Of a stretch of 64,000 bases of DNA, positions 1 through 13,399 are shown one piece after another (positions within the stretch are counted from its first letter, which is position 1; each line of letters starts with the position of its first letter). The translations under genes were made by a program, and so were the position numbers. The notes beneath the pieces are model-generated. The model was not told the origin of the DNA and ran no database searches. It saw only the letters and a list, made by a program, of their open reading frames with translations. The DNA is from Girardia tigrina (Eukaryota): assembly GCA_001938485.1 (NCBI GenBank), contig MQRK01195884.1:26949-90948 (forward strand). The letters are read 5' to 3'.

Positions 1-176
1 AAATGTCCATATATAGACATGCGCAAAAAATCGTTAATATCGATTTTCTAACGAAGCCCTCGATAGAAGATTTTAATTTTTACATATATTGAATCAGGAT
101 CTGAAATAGATTCAGAAAGGGCAAACTGTTTTTTGGCAAATTTTTTTCGACTAAAAGTTGATTCAGGGCCACCGTG
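1..176. mobile_element. Possible Transib-like element end, truncated by the window edge
   Basis: Ends in ggccaccgtg (reverse complement CACGGTGGCC), a Transib-type terminus. The other end is not visible. Confidence 0.3.
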
Positions 177-3132
177 GATATTTGATGCTTTTTGTGATTT
201 TAATGAATTTTGGATTAAATTATGAAGGTTATTTTTATTTTTTTTGGATTAAAGTTTTTTTTATCATTAGACTTAGTTGATTCAGTTCATTTTTTTTTCT
301 TTTATCGTAAGTAAAAGTAGTTGATCCATCGTTTTCCCCGGATCAACTATTTTTACAATGTTGCTTTAATATTCAATTGTTTTGGTGTCAGATTTAAATA
401 AATTAATTAATTTTTGTTATGAAAGATTCTACTTACATCCATGATTAAGAGCATACAAAAGCGGATTCTCGTGGAAGGCGACCCAATGGGGGGTGTATGG
501 AAAGTTCCATTGTTTGTTAAACAAGTCAAAAGTTCCCAAGAAAATTAATCATGTTATGTAGCCATAGTACATCGAATTTAAAGACCGTTAGCCATTTGTA
601 TCGTAATCCAAGACATTGCCACCAAGTTGTGAGTAATCCATTTCCTACTCCTTCAAATGTTGATGAAATAGGTATTCTAGAAAGTTTCAAAAAAATACAT
701 CATGATCAATATTTCCTTCTTGTTTGATTCTAGGCCCGGTAATAAAAACTGAATACTGATTTTTGAACACCCAAAAATCTCAAAATTTTGGAAACCACAC
801 ATCCCCAGTTTTTGAATAGAACTTTAAAAACCTGAAGTTCGTAACTTTTACTTGTTGGAACAGCTCAGTTGATGTTATATCGTTTATCTTGTATTCTTCT
901 TCGCGCATATATTTGTATATCTACCACTTAAATTAGGACATATTTTTTTACTCTAAAGACAAATTTTGACCACTGGTTAATCTCTTTTTCATCATCTTAT
1001 ATTGCAAATTAAAATAAACAATGATAAAATCAAATAAGATATCGTTGTATATTCTATATTTGTTTCAAAACATGAAAAAACTTGTCAAATTCAGATAATT
1101 AAATTGAAACATTAAAAAAAGAAAAGAAACACACTAAAAATTAAAACATAAACTTTTGATAACTTGAGATTAACCCTACAATGCGTCGTGATTCATATTT
1201 AAATCAACCACATTTTATCTGAATATTTTTTACCAAGTCACATTCCCCGAATATTTACGTATTGAGAATCTATAAACTATATTTATTGAACGATTAAGTA
1301 TCCCGCCGACAGAGTTGCAATCTGTTTTATCGACGGAAATGACAGTTCATTGTGCCCATAAACATTTTTTTGTAAAAAAATGTTGCTCGGTGTTGCGATA
1401 ATATACGATTTTTTAAACACTTTTCTCCTTAAAATTATGTTTATGTTCGTTTTTAATATTTATATTAAAAATTAATTAATTTTTCAGAAAATAAAACTAA
1501 CGGCACCATTAATTATTTGAAAAACAAATATTAATTAAACATAATTATTTAATTGTACAATTATTTTATTTTTAACGATCAAACGACGTTTCTATAATCA
1601 CAATTTTCACATACATTAATCAATCGATGATTCATCTCAAACTAATCTAAACTAATTATTAATCATCAATATCGAGATGCGCACACCGCGCGAGAACTTA
1701 TTGTGGTCGCTGTTAAATCAATATTTTTAAATAAATTATGTATTAATTATTGACAAAATGCACAAAGATATTATTATTATCAATATTTATTCAAACACAC
1801 ACAGAGTTAATTTGGTCAATTCTTTGTAGCAAAGGAAATACTCATTTTAATTAATGTATATTGAATATTTCCCATAACAAAACGTTTAAATTCAACTATA
1901 AATAAAATTGCTCATTATTAAGAGTTATTAGATAAGCTGATAGAGTTAATTTTAAATTTCTCTGCTTAGAGTTAGATAAGTATTGAAAGGATAAAGCATC
2001 GACAATAAAATCTTTTGCTCATAAAAGTAATTTATAATCATTAGATTTATTGAATAAATAATCATATTTTTATATCTAAATGTTATTATCGTATTTTTAA
2101 AATAAAAATTTGCATACTATTTTTAAAATCTTTGAATATATGAATTTATTATTCTTAGAGTCCCAGAAACTTATTATATTCATGCATACACCATTATTCC
2201 GATTTTCATTTTAATTTTAATAATTAATGTACATAAATAATTTGAGATTTTACAATAATATACAATTTTTTCGGTTTTCGAAGTTTTCCATACATATAAA
2301 ACTCTGTTGCAAAGTCTTGTGCATAAATCACCATCAACTTATTCCTTTCTTCCAGCAAATGTTAAAAGGTATATATTTTTGTTACTCTGAACCACTCATA
2401 AATGCGTTTGTATCTTAATTGTAATTTTTAGTTTAAATCAGTCTATTCAGCAATTCCAGTATCTGAAAATATATAAACAACATACTGAGCGAGTAAAAGA
2501 GGGGTATGCACGGGGGGGGGGTAATGTGTGCTTACAGAGTAAGAAAAACGAGAAAACCAACTTAGTATTAGATGGCAACATAAACAAATATTTTTTTTCT
2601 TTCGGTCCTGATATCGTTTAAATAAACATTAAAAATTAAAATAAAAGGAAAAATATAGGAAAGTGGACAAAGGAACAGAACTAACAAAACTTCTTTCAAA
2701 GACTTTCAAATTTTCAACTTATAAGTTAAGTAATTATATTTTGTTTTATTTTTTTGTTGAACAGTATATCAACATCAGCAACATGTTACATGCTAGCCAC
2801 TTGCTTATCCTTCATTCGAGTACTTACAAAACATTCAAGCATGATTATACTGTATTGTTGAAAATAGAATATATTGACATGCAACAATATCAGAGAAATA
2901 TTTGACAAATAAGTTAGGCAAAACAGTCTCTATTTATTTTTTCAGTATGCCTCGTAAAAATAAGTCTTTAAAATATCGACTTACAAAAATAGTTTGGTTA
3001 CACTGCCCTAAATGAATCAAAAATTAAGGTTTATTTCATAACAAACCACCTAGTCGCCGAACTAAAATTTTACCGAACAGAAATTTCAGTCCTCATCCGT
3101 TTAGGTTGGACATTCACAATCATCTATTAGAT

Positions 3133-4114
3133 CAGGAGTGGTCAACATGCGGCCCACTTTGAACATTTTTGCGGCCCGCGAGATTCATCACACTTTTAAA
3201 AAAATATTTTTGTTGACTTACAATGCAATATTGAATTAAAACACATTTTCGAAACATCAGAATCAAAAATGTATTTTTATAATACGTATGTCACAAAAGA
3301 GAAATTTTCGAATTTGATAAATCTGGCATAATAATTTGTTCGAGCTTTTGGTTAAATTTACACCAACGAATCGTTTGAAAATGACTAAACACAAAACACG
3401 GTCAAAAACTAACGGACACTTATATACCAGCCTAATTTGCAAGAACTAACTGAAAGAATGGAAAAACAAATATCGCACTAGTTAAATAAATATATTTATA
3501 TATTTCTTTACAATATGCGTTTAATACCATCATTATTATACTATCTATGCTAATGTGTAGGAATATTAGTAAAAACAATGATAATTATTAAGAACATTAA
3601 TTGAGTTTTCACCACATTTATTTGAATTGCCACTAGAACAATTCTCCGTAAAACTTGCGTAGCTCTTCATCGTTCTTGATTGATAAGTTTTTTAATAATA
3701 TTCTTTAACGTCTCATTCCAACAAATTTAAATTATAATTTAATTATTGCAAAAAATAATTTAAACTTTAAATTAAAAATAAATTGTATTAATTTTAAGAA
3801 AATTATTATTTATGAAATATTAATTTAATTTTAAAATTAGTTGTTTAAATTTTAATAATTGATTTAACAAGCCGACGTTTTAAAATATCAATCTTCCACC
3901 TGGGTGAGAGAAACACAATCCTAAAACAACATACCAAACACCATTCAAAAATATTCCTCACAATAACAATTCATTATGTTTCATTTTCTAATTCCAGAAA
4001 ATATCTATAGTGAATTGAAATCTTATATGAAGATTCATAATTTTAAATGCGACCCGCGGAGTTATGATTGTTTTTCAAAGTGGCCCGTAAGATCATTTCA
4101 GTTGCCCCCTCCTG
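3133..4114 (+). mobile_element. Non-autonomous hAT (Charlie/SPIN-like) element
   Basis: TIRs caggagtggtcaac / gttgccccctcctg, subterminal gcggccc motifs, near-8-bp TSD tattagat/atttagat, and a remnant C-terminus PNLQELTERMEKQISH-stop. Confidence 0.75.
3554..3962. mobile_element. Solo-LTR-like repeat nested in the hAT element; related copies near 45390-45657 and 61530-62148
   Basis: TG...CA ends (tgtgtaggaata ... atattcctcaca). The block aatatcaatcttccayctgggtgrgagaaacacaatcctaaaa recurs three times in the window. Confidence 0.55.
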
Positions 4115-4774
4115 ATTTAGATAAACAAAACAAAATGATTTTTTCTCATTCCTATTCATTTTAAATGCAACAGTTTTACAACCTTTTTGTTCAGCTTGCC
4201 TTAATAAACTAACAGTAAAATATAATGAAATAGAAGAATAAAATTCGATTTATTTTTTTATTATACATAACAAATTCATACTTAAATTTATAATTGATAA
4301 AATTTAAAATTAATAAGAGACTTCAATACGTATAAAATCGTGTATATCACAATAAGTTCCGTTCGACGATCAAGTATTTCCGTCGACATTAATTACGAAC
4401 TTTTCAAATTTCATTTTCTTTTGAGTTATTAATGTAAATAATTTCATTTCAATCGTATTTAATCGCAATTATCGGTTCAGTAAATGATCGGGTCACACAT
4501 CAAAGAAAAGTAAAATAAGGATAAAAATAATGATTTATTATAGAGCATCGTATAATAAAAACAAAATTACAAAGTGCTATAATAATAAATCAAAGCATCA
4601 AGTCATCGAGATAATTACATCAGTCGTACACATACCGGATAAGTCAAAAAAAATAAATGTTTAATAAAGCGAAATCGTATAGTTGACAGTCAATCGAATC
4701 GGCACTCGTACACTCAGACTCAATTTACTTAACATTTTTATATGGACCAAGGAACAAAAAACACTCATGGAAAT

Positions 4775-4915
4775 TTATGCCAGAGTCGACACAATATTTT
4801 TCTGATTCTTGAATTTCCCAACCAATAATGCCATTTTTGGCAGAGTAATACCGGCTTTATAGAGCTCTGAAAGATCGATTGGTAGCCTGTTAAAGTCAAT
4901 TTTGTTTTCGAAAAC
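4775..4915 (-). CDS. DDAH: DDAH-like gene, exon 5 (terminal)
   Basis: ttcag acceptor; VFENKIDFNRLPIDLSELYKAGITLPKMALLVGKFKNQKNIVSTLA then TAA. The five exons total 834 nt (277 aa plus stop), all in phase. Confidence 0.9.
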   Translation of the reverse strand, partial: VFENKIDFNRLPIDLSELYKAGITLPKMALLVGKFKNQKNIVSTLA

Positions 4916-4975
4916 CTGAACGACAATTTAAAAAAATCATGGTGAGGTGAATTTTATTTTTCTAGGATTTTATAC

Positions 4976-5104
4976 CCCAAAACTATTCGGAATCATTTCG
5001 TCACACAGATGGATCAAAATATGGTTAATGTAGAATGTTTGAGCTGCGATATCTTCCGGTAGAGAGATCTGTTTGTAGGTGTATGTCACTACACTCATTA
5101 TCTC
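4976..5104 (-). CDS. DDAH: DDAH-like gene, exon 4 (absent from the ORF track)
   Basis: gtccag acceptor; EIMSVVTYTYKQISLPEDIAAQTFYINHILIHLCDEMIPNSFG resembles human KLTVPDDIAANCIYLN; donor gtataa, followed by a 60-nt intron. Confidence 0.9.
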
Positions 5105-5492
5105 CTGGACAAGAGGAATTTGATAATCTTTTAGTGATTCACAATTACAAGAAAAAAACTTTTAAAAAATCACAATAGTCTGTTGTTCAATATTTATAAA
5201 TTATTTGTCGATCTGCAAAATTGATAATAGTTTAAGACACTGTCATCAATAATCGCCAGAATTAATGATTAATGATGTGTTTCATTCCTCGAGGCAGTAA
5301 AGCGACATTGTCTTCCAGACCCCATTGTTGTACAACAATCATGCCTTATATTTAACGATTCTTTGATTTTCATAACTTTATTTATTTTATCAGAGATAAT
5401 AATTACTAGTATTCAAAATTTATCAACATTACCATACCACATTTTATCAATAAAAATCATAACAGTTATTGTAAAAAGTATCCTGAAAATAT

Positions 5493-5850
5493 AATAATAT
5501 TATTAATAAAAAATTTTTTTATAAAAACAACCACGTTTTTCAAGCATTACCAATGCACTAAAAAGAGGAAAATATTTTTTTTCTAGACATGTGAGAAATT
5601 TTATACCTAACCAAAAAACGTGGGGCGGGTTTCTGAATTACTGCTATTAGTAACTGCTATTTCCTCTTTACTGCTTTTTAGTAACAATCGATCATTTCTA
5701 TGCCCCACGTTTTTGGTTAGGTATAAAATTTCNNNNNNNNNNNNNNNNNNNNNNNNNNNNNNNNNNNNNNNNNNNNNNNNNNAGTGCATTGGTAATGCTT
5801 GAAAAACGTGGTTGTTTTTATAAAAATTTTTTTTATTAATAATATTATTT
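5493..5850. repeat. Foldback/inverted repeat (MITE-like) spanning an N gap
   Basis: 5521-5559 is the reverse complement of 5783-5821; inner arms 5595-5625 and 5702-5732 are also inverted. Confidence 0.6.
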
Positions 5851-6207
5851 AACTATTTTTAGTTATCATTTAGGAATTTTTTTTCAAAATTTTTTTTATC
5901 ACATTGTATTGTCATCGGAAGCCTGTATAAAACTTCATTCATGAAAATAAACGAAAAGATTGCTATTTAATACAGTGTATAAATTTGTAGATAATCGTAA
6001 GTGGTTTTTAGCAAATAAAATTAGAAAAAATTATTTTTTTTTCAAAATTTTTTTTATAATATTGTATTGTCATCGGAAGCAAGCCTGTATAAAAAATTCA
6101 GCTCAATTGGATGACTGAAAGTGGTCGAAAAATCAATCGCAAGATTTGGTCCAGACAGACAAACAGACAAGAAAGCAAGCTAATAAAAACGTGGTAAAAA
6201 GTACATA

Positions 6208-6654
6208 CGAGGAGTGCCCCAAAAGTTCGCGGACTGAGAGAATATGGCGTGGTCACGTGTGTGCGTGACTGTAACGCGCGGTGTGTGTACGATGACATGA
6301 GGGGGAGCCAACTAATTGTAATTGCAGATATTCTGCTCCGTTTACACCGCGTCTTTGGTGATGCCGCTATGGGAAGAACGGCTGTCTTTAAATGGGTGCA
6401 ACGATTCCAGGTAGGGCAACAATCATTGGAGGTCAATCAGTCAAGTGCGCGGATTGCGGAGACACCGCGTATTTTCTTCGATAATGATATTAGGAAGTTG
6501 ACACAGAGACTGGAAAAGTGTGCGAAACTGAATGGTGATTATATTGAAAAGTTTGATAGCGATTCTGATGAGGATTGATCAATTTTGTTAACTGGAATAA
6601 ACTTTTTGAATTTGTTGTTAATTATCAGTCCGCGAACTTTTGGGACACCCCTCG
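6208..6654 (+). mobile_element. Internally deleted mariner element
   Basis: TIRs cgaggagtgccccaaaagttcgcggactga / tcagtccgcgaacttttgggacacccctcg and TA TSDs. HTH remnant (VFGDAAMGRTAVFKWVQRF) is joined directly to the C-terminus (IRKLTQRLEKCAKLNGDYIE). Confidence 0.88.
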
Positions 6655-8159
6655 TATAACGCACAATAAGTCTGTAAACATGTAAACTCAATCCATATTT
6701 TCTCTTGAATTAGAATGTCCAAGCGTTGCGTGAATTATTCTGTTGTAATGGGACGATTTATATTAAGACAACAGTACTTCAAAGAGAAAAAAAATCACTC
6801 ATTATTACTCATAAATAAACTGATCTCATAGACTATCTAAATGTGGTATTATCAATGACGAGGTTAGAAAAACCGATTAGGCTGACTCTCAAATGCCCTG
6901 ATGATCTATATTTTACACTTATCCTTCCTTTATTATCCCATTCGTCCTCATGTATACTATGCTATCGGCACAAACTGAACTTACTTGGTCCAAGCCAACT
7001 TTTTGTCATTATTTGTTAAACCAAAAATAAATTTCTAGTTCTCAAAAGCAAAGAAATAAATGAAATTCAACTAGAAAAAATTGAATACAACAATCATCAA
7101 AAAATGAAAAGCAATGAGTAGATATTTCGGTAAAACAACCAACAGAAACAAATCAGAAAACATTATTCCCATCATATAGTAATTCGAAACCACCACTTCT
7201 GATATGCATGGCCAAGAAGTTGTGTTGGAGTCTCAAACCAATTGCAAAAGTACATATTCTGACAGTTTTTAAAATTTAAACATGGTTTACTTAATTACTT
7301 TAACAATAGTACAAAACTGTGTCTGTTCCATGGGAAAAGGATTTTTTCTCGTGGAAATCCAAAACTGAAATGGATGTGCGAGGTAATATTCTTATGTCAC
7401 AAATGTCGAAATTCGTATATCGGTGACAAATCGTATTAGTGTGCATTCACAACCAAGTCGGACGAGTAAGGTCTGTAAATATTTTAAGTCGTGCCAGAAA
7501 AGAGAATCAGCTGACGTAAAAGATGAATTCTTAATTCTGATTTAGAATTTTGATACGGATTCTGAAAAGCAGTTTTGTAACCCACTATTGATGAGATATC
7601 ACAGCCCTTTATAATGGTTCAGAAGGGAAATAGTAACACATACAATGTTAAATACTTTTATTTGGCATTTGTGATAGATTAATGTATAAATTTGTAAATA
7701 AGACAAATGTTTGAAATGATTTTCTTATTTTCTTTCATTATTATGCATACTCCTACATACAAATGTGGAATATCATTATGTTGACGAAATTGTATTTAGA
7801 ATCAATTTAATTGTTTTGTTCTGATTTTAAAGAAAAATATTAATCAACAGAAAACAATTTATCAATATGCACGATTCTGGAATGTATTTGAAATGTTTTT
7901 GAGACTGGTGATAGTGTAATAACACATTTGGTCAATGCAAAACAAACGCACACCGACAAAAATACATTTCGTTTTGCATTTCTTCGTTCTTTACATATAT
8001 TTATTATTCTTTCCAATATATTTATATTTATTATTACTAAAAAATTATATCACATATAAAAATTTCTTTTATTTTTTAAATACATCTTATCCTTTTTTCA
8101 CTCTATTTTCGAGAAAATATTTCTGTTTATTCTGTTTTATATATATATATATATATATT

Positions 8160-8750
8160 GTATCCCTCAAGAAGAATATTTGCAAGAATATAAGTAGTTT
8201 CAATTACATCCAAAGTTCAAAGCTTCCTCTCAAATAAATCGAAAACAGTTCGTGGTTTGCAAGTTAATTTGGTTTATAAATTAGATTGCCACAGTGTAAA
8301 AACTCGTACATCGGAGAGACAAATCATCATCTCAAGACCGGGATTAGTGAGCACTCACAATTGAGTCGATCGAATAAGGTTCGCGATCATCGGTTACACT
8401 GTAAAATAGAATCCCTTCTGCTTCAAATGATGGGTTTTCTGTTTCACAGAAGGGCTTTGATTTACATTAAATGAGCAGCAGTTTTGTGAATCATTATTTA
8501 TAAGACACTTAAAATCTTTAATTAAAAATTTTTCAAACATTTTGCCACTATTATCCAGTAAAATATAAAATAAATAAATAATGTGTTCCCTTTTAAAAAT
8601 AAAATTATTAAAAGTAATATTAAAATAATAACTAACAAATCGAATTGCTAACGAAGGAAGAATTTCTGAAACATGTACAATAATCGATTTTTTAAAAAAG
8701 CTTTAAAATTATTTTTCAAAAATATTAAATTAACGTTCACAAGACTAAAG
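8160..8750 (+). mobile_element. Penelope-like element 3' fragment (GIY-YIG endonuclease plus pLTR)
   Basis: CKNSYIGETNHHLKTGISEH motif; degenerate hammerhead at 8643-8681; preceded by (TA)n. Confidence 0.8.
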
Positions 8751-8751
8751 T

Positions 8752-9156
8752 ATATTCAAAATTCACGAACTCGGCAATTTTTTTTAAAAATTTTTAATTC
8801 AATTATGAAATTGATATTAACTTTTAATATGAAAAATTATCAATTTAATATGAAAAAATGAAAAATTAATATGAAACGTTTGCAATTCAGCTTACCACCA
8901 AGGAAGAAGTGTAAATAAATATGAATAAAAATTTTACATTTGGAATCTATTATTTATTTTTTCCTATTAAATTGATAATTTTTCATAATAAATACTGAAT
9001 TTTTCATATTAAATTGATTTTTTCATATAAATTGATATTTTTTAATATTAAAAACATAATCTTTTATTTCAAATTGAGAAATTGTCATATTAGAATAAAA
9101 AATTATCATATAATTAGTAAATTCTGCAAAAATTGAATAGTTAGTGAATTCTGTAT

Positions 9157-9158
<2 letters not shown>
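8752..9158. mobile_element. MITE, same family as 21308-21598
   Basis: Shares aattcacgamctcggcaatttttt, ccacca..gaagaagt and ttggaatctatt with the 21.3-kb copy; degenerate TIRs. Confidence 0.6.
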
Positions 9159-9193
<35 letters not shown>

Positions 9194-9895
9194 NNNNNNN
9201 NNNNNNNNNNNNNNNNNNNNNNNNNNNNNNNNNNNNNNNNNNNTATATATATATATATATATGGTACCACGTTAAAACTTCGAAAAAAATCGAAAAAAAC
9301 GTCGAAATGTTAAAACATCGAAAAATAGTTTTAATAAAACATTAAATGAAATGATGTGTTATTAAATAGTGCTTAAGTGAATAAATGAATAAATAAATCA
9401 ATGAAATTTCTAAATATACTTAAATTATTTTTTTTGATCACCGAAAATGAAAATGAACTTACTCTATACGTATTTACTGGGTACGGATTCAATTAATCTT
9501 AAAATTTATGAAATCATATGATATCTTTTTTACATATTTATGTTGATGCATGTAGGTGATTGTTATATGTGATATAGTTTTCGTAAAATAACATTTTTAA
9601 AAATAAATTTCAAAAAAAAGTTCATAAATTCCTGATGTTGACGAATGGTGAAACCATTAGGAGAATAAAGAAATGTGTGGTTTTTAACGAAAAATTAATA
9701 GCTTTTTTAATAGACCGAGCGAATAGAAATCCAGAAACATATATTGTGGAATTGGCTGGTTTTAATTATTATTGATAAATCTTTTTCGACGTTTTTATTT
9801 TAGATATTTTTATTATGTCATAATTTTTCGACGTTATATATATATNNNNNNNNNNNNNNNNNNNNNNNNNNNNNNNNNNNNNNNNNNNNNNNNNN

Positions 9896-9927
<32 letters not shown>

Positions 9928-10082
9928 CTTAATAACTTTTTTAATAGACCGAGCGAATAGAAATCCAGAAACATATATTGTGGAATTGGCTGATTTTATT
10001 TATTATTGATAAATCTTTTTCGACGCTTTTATTTTAGATATTTTTTATTACGTCATAATTTTTCGACGTTATATATATATAT

Positions 10083-10286
10083 GCTTTTTTTATACAACTA
10101 TTGGACATGTTTCGATGTTTACATACATCATCAATATTCAAACAATTCAATATTCATATACTAAACATCCGAAAATTGCTAATGATGATGTATGTAAACA
10201 TCGAAACATGTCCAATAGTTGTATAAAAAAAGTTTTAATCAAATTATATTTTCGAAATACTAAACTTGCGTTCACAAGACTCAATA
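10083..10286 (+). mobile_element. Penelope pseudo-LTR with an inverted partial copy, inserted in (TA)n
   Basis: 10085-10132 is the reverse complement of about 10183-10231. The 3' part is near-identical to 21209-21300. Hammerhead-like motif at 10175-10216. Confidence 0.8.
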
Positions 10287-11009
10287 ATATATATATATAT
10301 ATATATNNNNNNNNNNNNNNNNNNNNNNNNNNNNNNNNNNNNNNNNNNNNNNNNNNATATATATATATATATATATATAAGGCTTTCAAAGTTAGAGAAG
10401 TCATAAAATGTAAATAATATCCTATTTTTGAAATTTAAAGATTGCCTTATTACAATTGTTTTATTATCTCATATGAAGCTCTTACAAGAGGTACAATAAA
10501 GAAATATGAAAAAGGAAATCGAGAATAAATATAAATTTAATTGTTTTTCTCAGGACCCCAAAAATACTTTCTCCTTTGTCGACCCATGGAATAAAATCAA
10601 ACTGATATGAAAGATGAATTCTTGCTTCTTATTTCCAATTGTAATACATATTATGAGTAATTATTGATCAGACGTTCAAAGTGTAAATATTAAACGTGCT
10701 ACAATATTAAATATTTTTATAGGCTACTTACCAACAAAAAATAACTTCATGATCAGTACAAGAATAATTATATCTTCAGTTAACAGTTATTCTTGCTGCT
10801 CTTTTTTATGTTTAAAAGATTTATTTTATCAATCATGAATCACACAAAAACTAAATAGTTTAAAATATGAAGAAAAGTAATCATATAATTCAAACTTAAA
10901 GTGACATTTAAATCACTAAACAGACTGGCATCACTGAACCCTTATACCGTTCTACTTAAAATTAGACGCTTAAACAAATATCATTATTATTTCAGAAAAT
11001 AACACAAAC

Positions 11010-11206
11010 CGTCAACATTTTGCGAGCAGATTCACTTTGACCTATAGCGAAGACATTGACTCCGGACATGGTTATGGCCTCTTTTAAATTACGAAATGGT
11101 TGTAACACTCGCACAGTTGTGGTTGGATATTCGGGAAAAGCTCGTGCCACTGCTTGAGCTCCATTTTCATTAGTATGAGCCGACAGACCGACAATGATCT
11201 CCTTAC
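11010..11206 (-). CDS. DDAH: DDAH-like gene, exon 3
   Basis: aaag acceptor, phase-compatible with exon 2. GKEIIVGLSAHTNENGAQAVARAFPEYP...GQSESARKMLT matches human GREFFVGLSKRTNQRGA...GSSESAQKALK. Donor gtttgt. Confidence 0.92.
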
Positions 11207-11559
11207 CTTTTATTACAGTAAACAATTTAATATTCTGACTTGAATCAAATGTCGATTATTTAAACAGATAATTGCAGTATTGACACAAATCCAAGTGAAT
11301 AAATAGACAGTTTTGTAGGTCACAGTAATTCAAATAACAAATATTGAGTTCAATACCCGATGATAAGGCGCTTTATTATCGAAAATTTAACTGGAATATT
11401 TTATATTATTTTACAATGAAAAAATAAACAACTTCGAAACTTATTCCAAAAAAGTTTTCATCTATAAGTATAATCGGGTAGCATATTTATTTTGTCCGAA
11501 TGTAAAACAAAGTTATCAAATTACTAAACTGAAATCATTTTTGTCTCCTAAATCTACTT

Positions 11560-11880
11560 TACAAAAGATAATTTAGTCTTTACAGACAAAAAACGTTCGT
11601 CAAAATTTATTGTGATTAATTTCGACGGATCAACCGTCATCATCAGACGAATTAACAATGATATACTCGCGTTTATATATCAAAGCAATGTTTATGTAAT
11701 CATTATGTCATTTAAATCATGAAAATACTTTCAATAAAGTTGAAGAGGATGGTGTTTGGACATTGATTTTAGGATCACAAGATTTGATCAACAATGCTTC
11801 ACACATCACCCTCTCCCAGTAATTATCAAATTGTGAACACAACATCTTAAAATTACTTACGTCAACTTTACTATTCAAAT
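11560..11880 (-). mobile_element. Penelope-like element 3' fragment
   Basis: Minus strand reads NFKMLCSQFDNYWERVMCEALLIKSCDPKINVQ...LLKVFS-stop (GIY-YIG C-terminus), followed by a hammerhead motif. Confidence 0.8.
11609..11650 (-). ncRNA. Minimal type I hammerhead ribozyme motif, core intact
   Basis: 5'-TCGT CTGATGA T GACGG TTGAT CCGTC GAAA TTAA TC ACAA-3': full CUGANGA/GAAA/UH core, 5-bp stem II, palindromic mini stem III. Confidence 0.75.
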
Positions 11881-11937
11881 AATTTATCGTCATTTTTGAA
11901 ATATTTATAATTTAGTCTCTTTTTAACATACATTTGA

Positions 11938-12081
11938 GGGGCTATCTAGGGGGGGGGTAGAATTTTGTGACGAAGTGTGACGTGGGGGGAGTGGGTTCAG
12001 TCTTTTTGTGACGAAATGTGACGAGAGGGAAGGTGGTTGGAAATCTGCTAAAATCCCGTGACGTCATTTATGGACAGCCCA
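11938..12081. mobile_element. PIF/Harbinger-like MITE
   Basis: Ends ggggctatc ... gacgtcatttatggacagccc; internal gtgacg repeats with G-runs. Confidence 0.55.
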
Positions 12082-13399
12082 TAAGATAAATTTTTACCTA
12101 ATATAAAAGTTCACTTCAATAATTAAAGAACACCAAAAGCATGTTAAATGCTATTGTTTGACAATAAAATGTTGTATTTCCGCTTATATGCATATTTGTC
12201 ATTAAAAAGATTTTTATCAGACATAAAATAAAACTGCAGTGTATTTATGATTTGAAGGTAGAACTATAAACTGGTTGTATATGCATAGAGACGATTGATT
12301 CTTTCAATATTTCAAGAATTATATTGACAAAATCAGTAGATTATGTTGAAGTTGACCCCTCAGGTAAAAATTAATGAATTTATTTTACAAAACTGATGAG
12401 ATGCGCTATCTTAAAAAAGAACCAAAGAGGATACAGAGTAATTGAAATAACAAAGTTGTTGAAAATCGTTGTATCAGTTATAATAAAAAGATATTACTCT
12501 CCAAATGTATCTACTGTACAATATTTAATATATTTGATAGAAACCTCATTATTTATTCACAAAATACCATCCGTTCTTATGGGACTGCAATCCCGTGTCA
12601 TAACGTCATGACAGAATATTGGGGGTGAATCAGGAATCCATGGAAATATAATTGTAGAATTTAGGAATATTCTCTGAATGGTAGATATAAAACAGGAGAC
12701 TGGCTTCAAATACAGAGGATGTGCGCATTTAGGTTTATAGTAATTACATCTATAGATAATGTATATTTACAGTTGTCTTGATAAAATCAAAGCAAGTCGC
12801 GTAATTTGACCTCGTTAAATCTGTTGTGATGTAATATGTTTATGGTTACAATTCTGGTGGCTAATGTTGGTTAGAAACTAACGTGCGTGTCCCAAGACGT
12901 TCATCAATTTAATGACTAAAATTATTCACTGAGTATCTGAAAAATTATTTTTTATTAATAAATTAACAAAAATGTTCGATGTTGTCGAATACTTATAAGC
13001 AATCATACCAATCGCCAATATATGATCGACCCATTGAGCGATTATTGTTATTAATCTGCATTATGATCACAACCAATAATTTTATTGATTCATTTTAATT
13101 AACTAAGAAATATTTTTCTTCCCATTCTCTTGATATATTGTTGATCCTGATCATTATTGAGTTGCCTTCACTCAGTTGTCAAATAAGAAATTTATATTCA
13201 CAGAAACTAAAATCAAACAGTCTAGTTTTTTACCGTGAATAAAAATGTGTTAAATTTATTAAAATATCATAATTTTTTCTAAATAAATTATTGATGTTCG
13301 TAAATAATAACAATTGTATAACCTTAATTTAATGGGTGTACCAGATTAATAAATGATCACCAACTAAAATCAACGAGTTGATTTTTTAAATTAATGCTA

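Noticed and set aside
2227-2905. Short ORFs, or an extra DDAH exon near 2460
   Set aside because: All frames after the acceptor-like site stop quickly, and the DDAH model already ends at 4775.
9700-10075. Near-identical 140-bp direct duplication
   Set aside because: The copies flank a (TA)n/N gap, so this is most likely a contig-overlap artefact.
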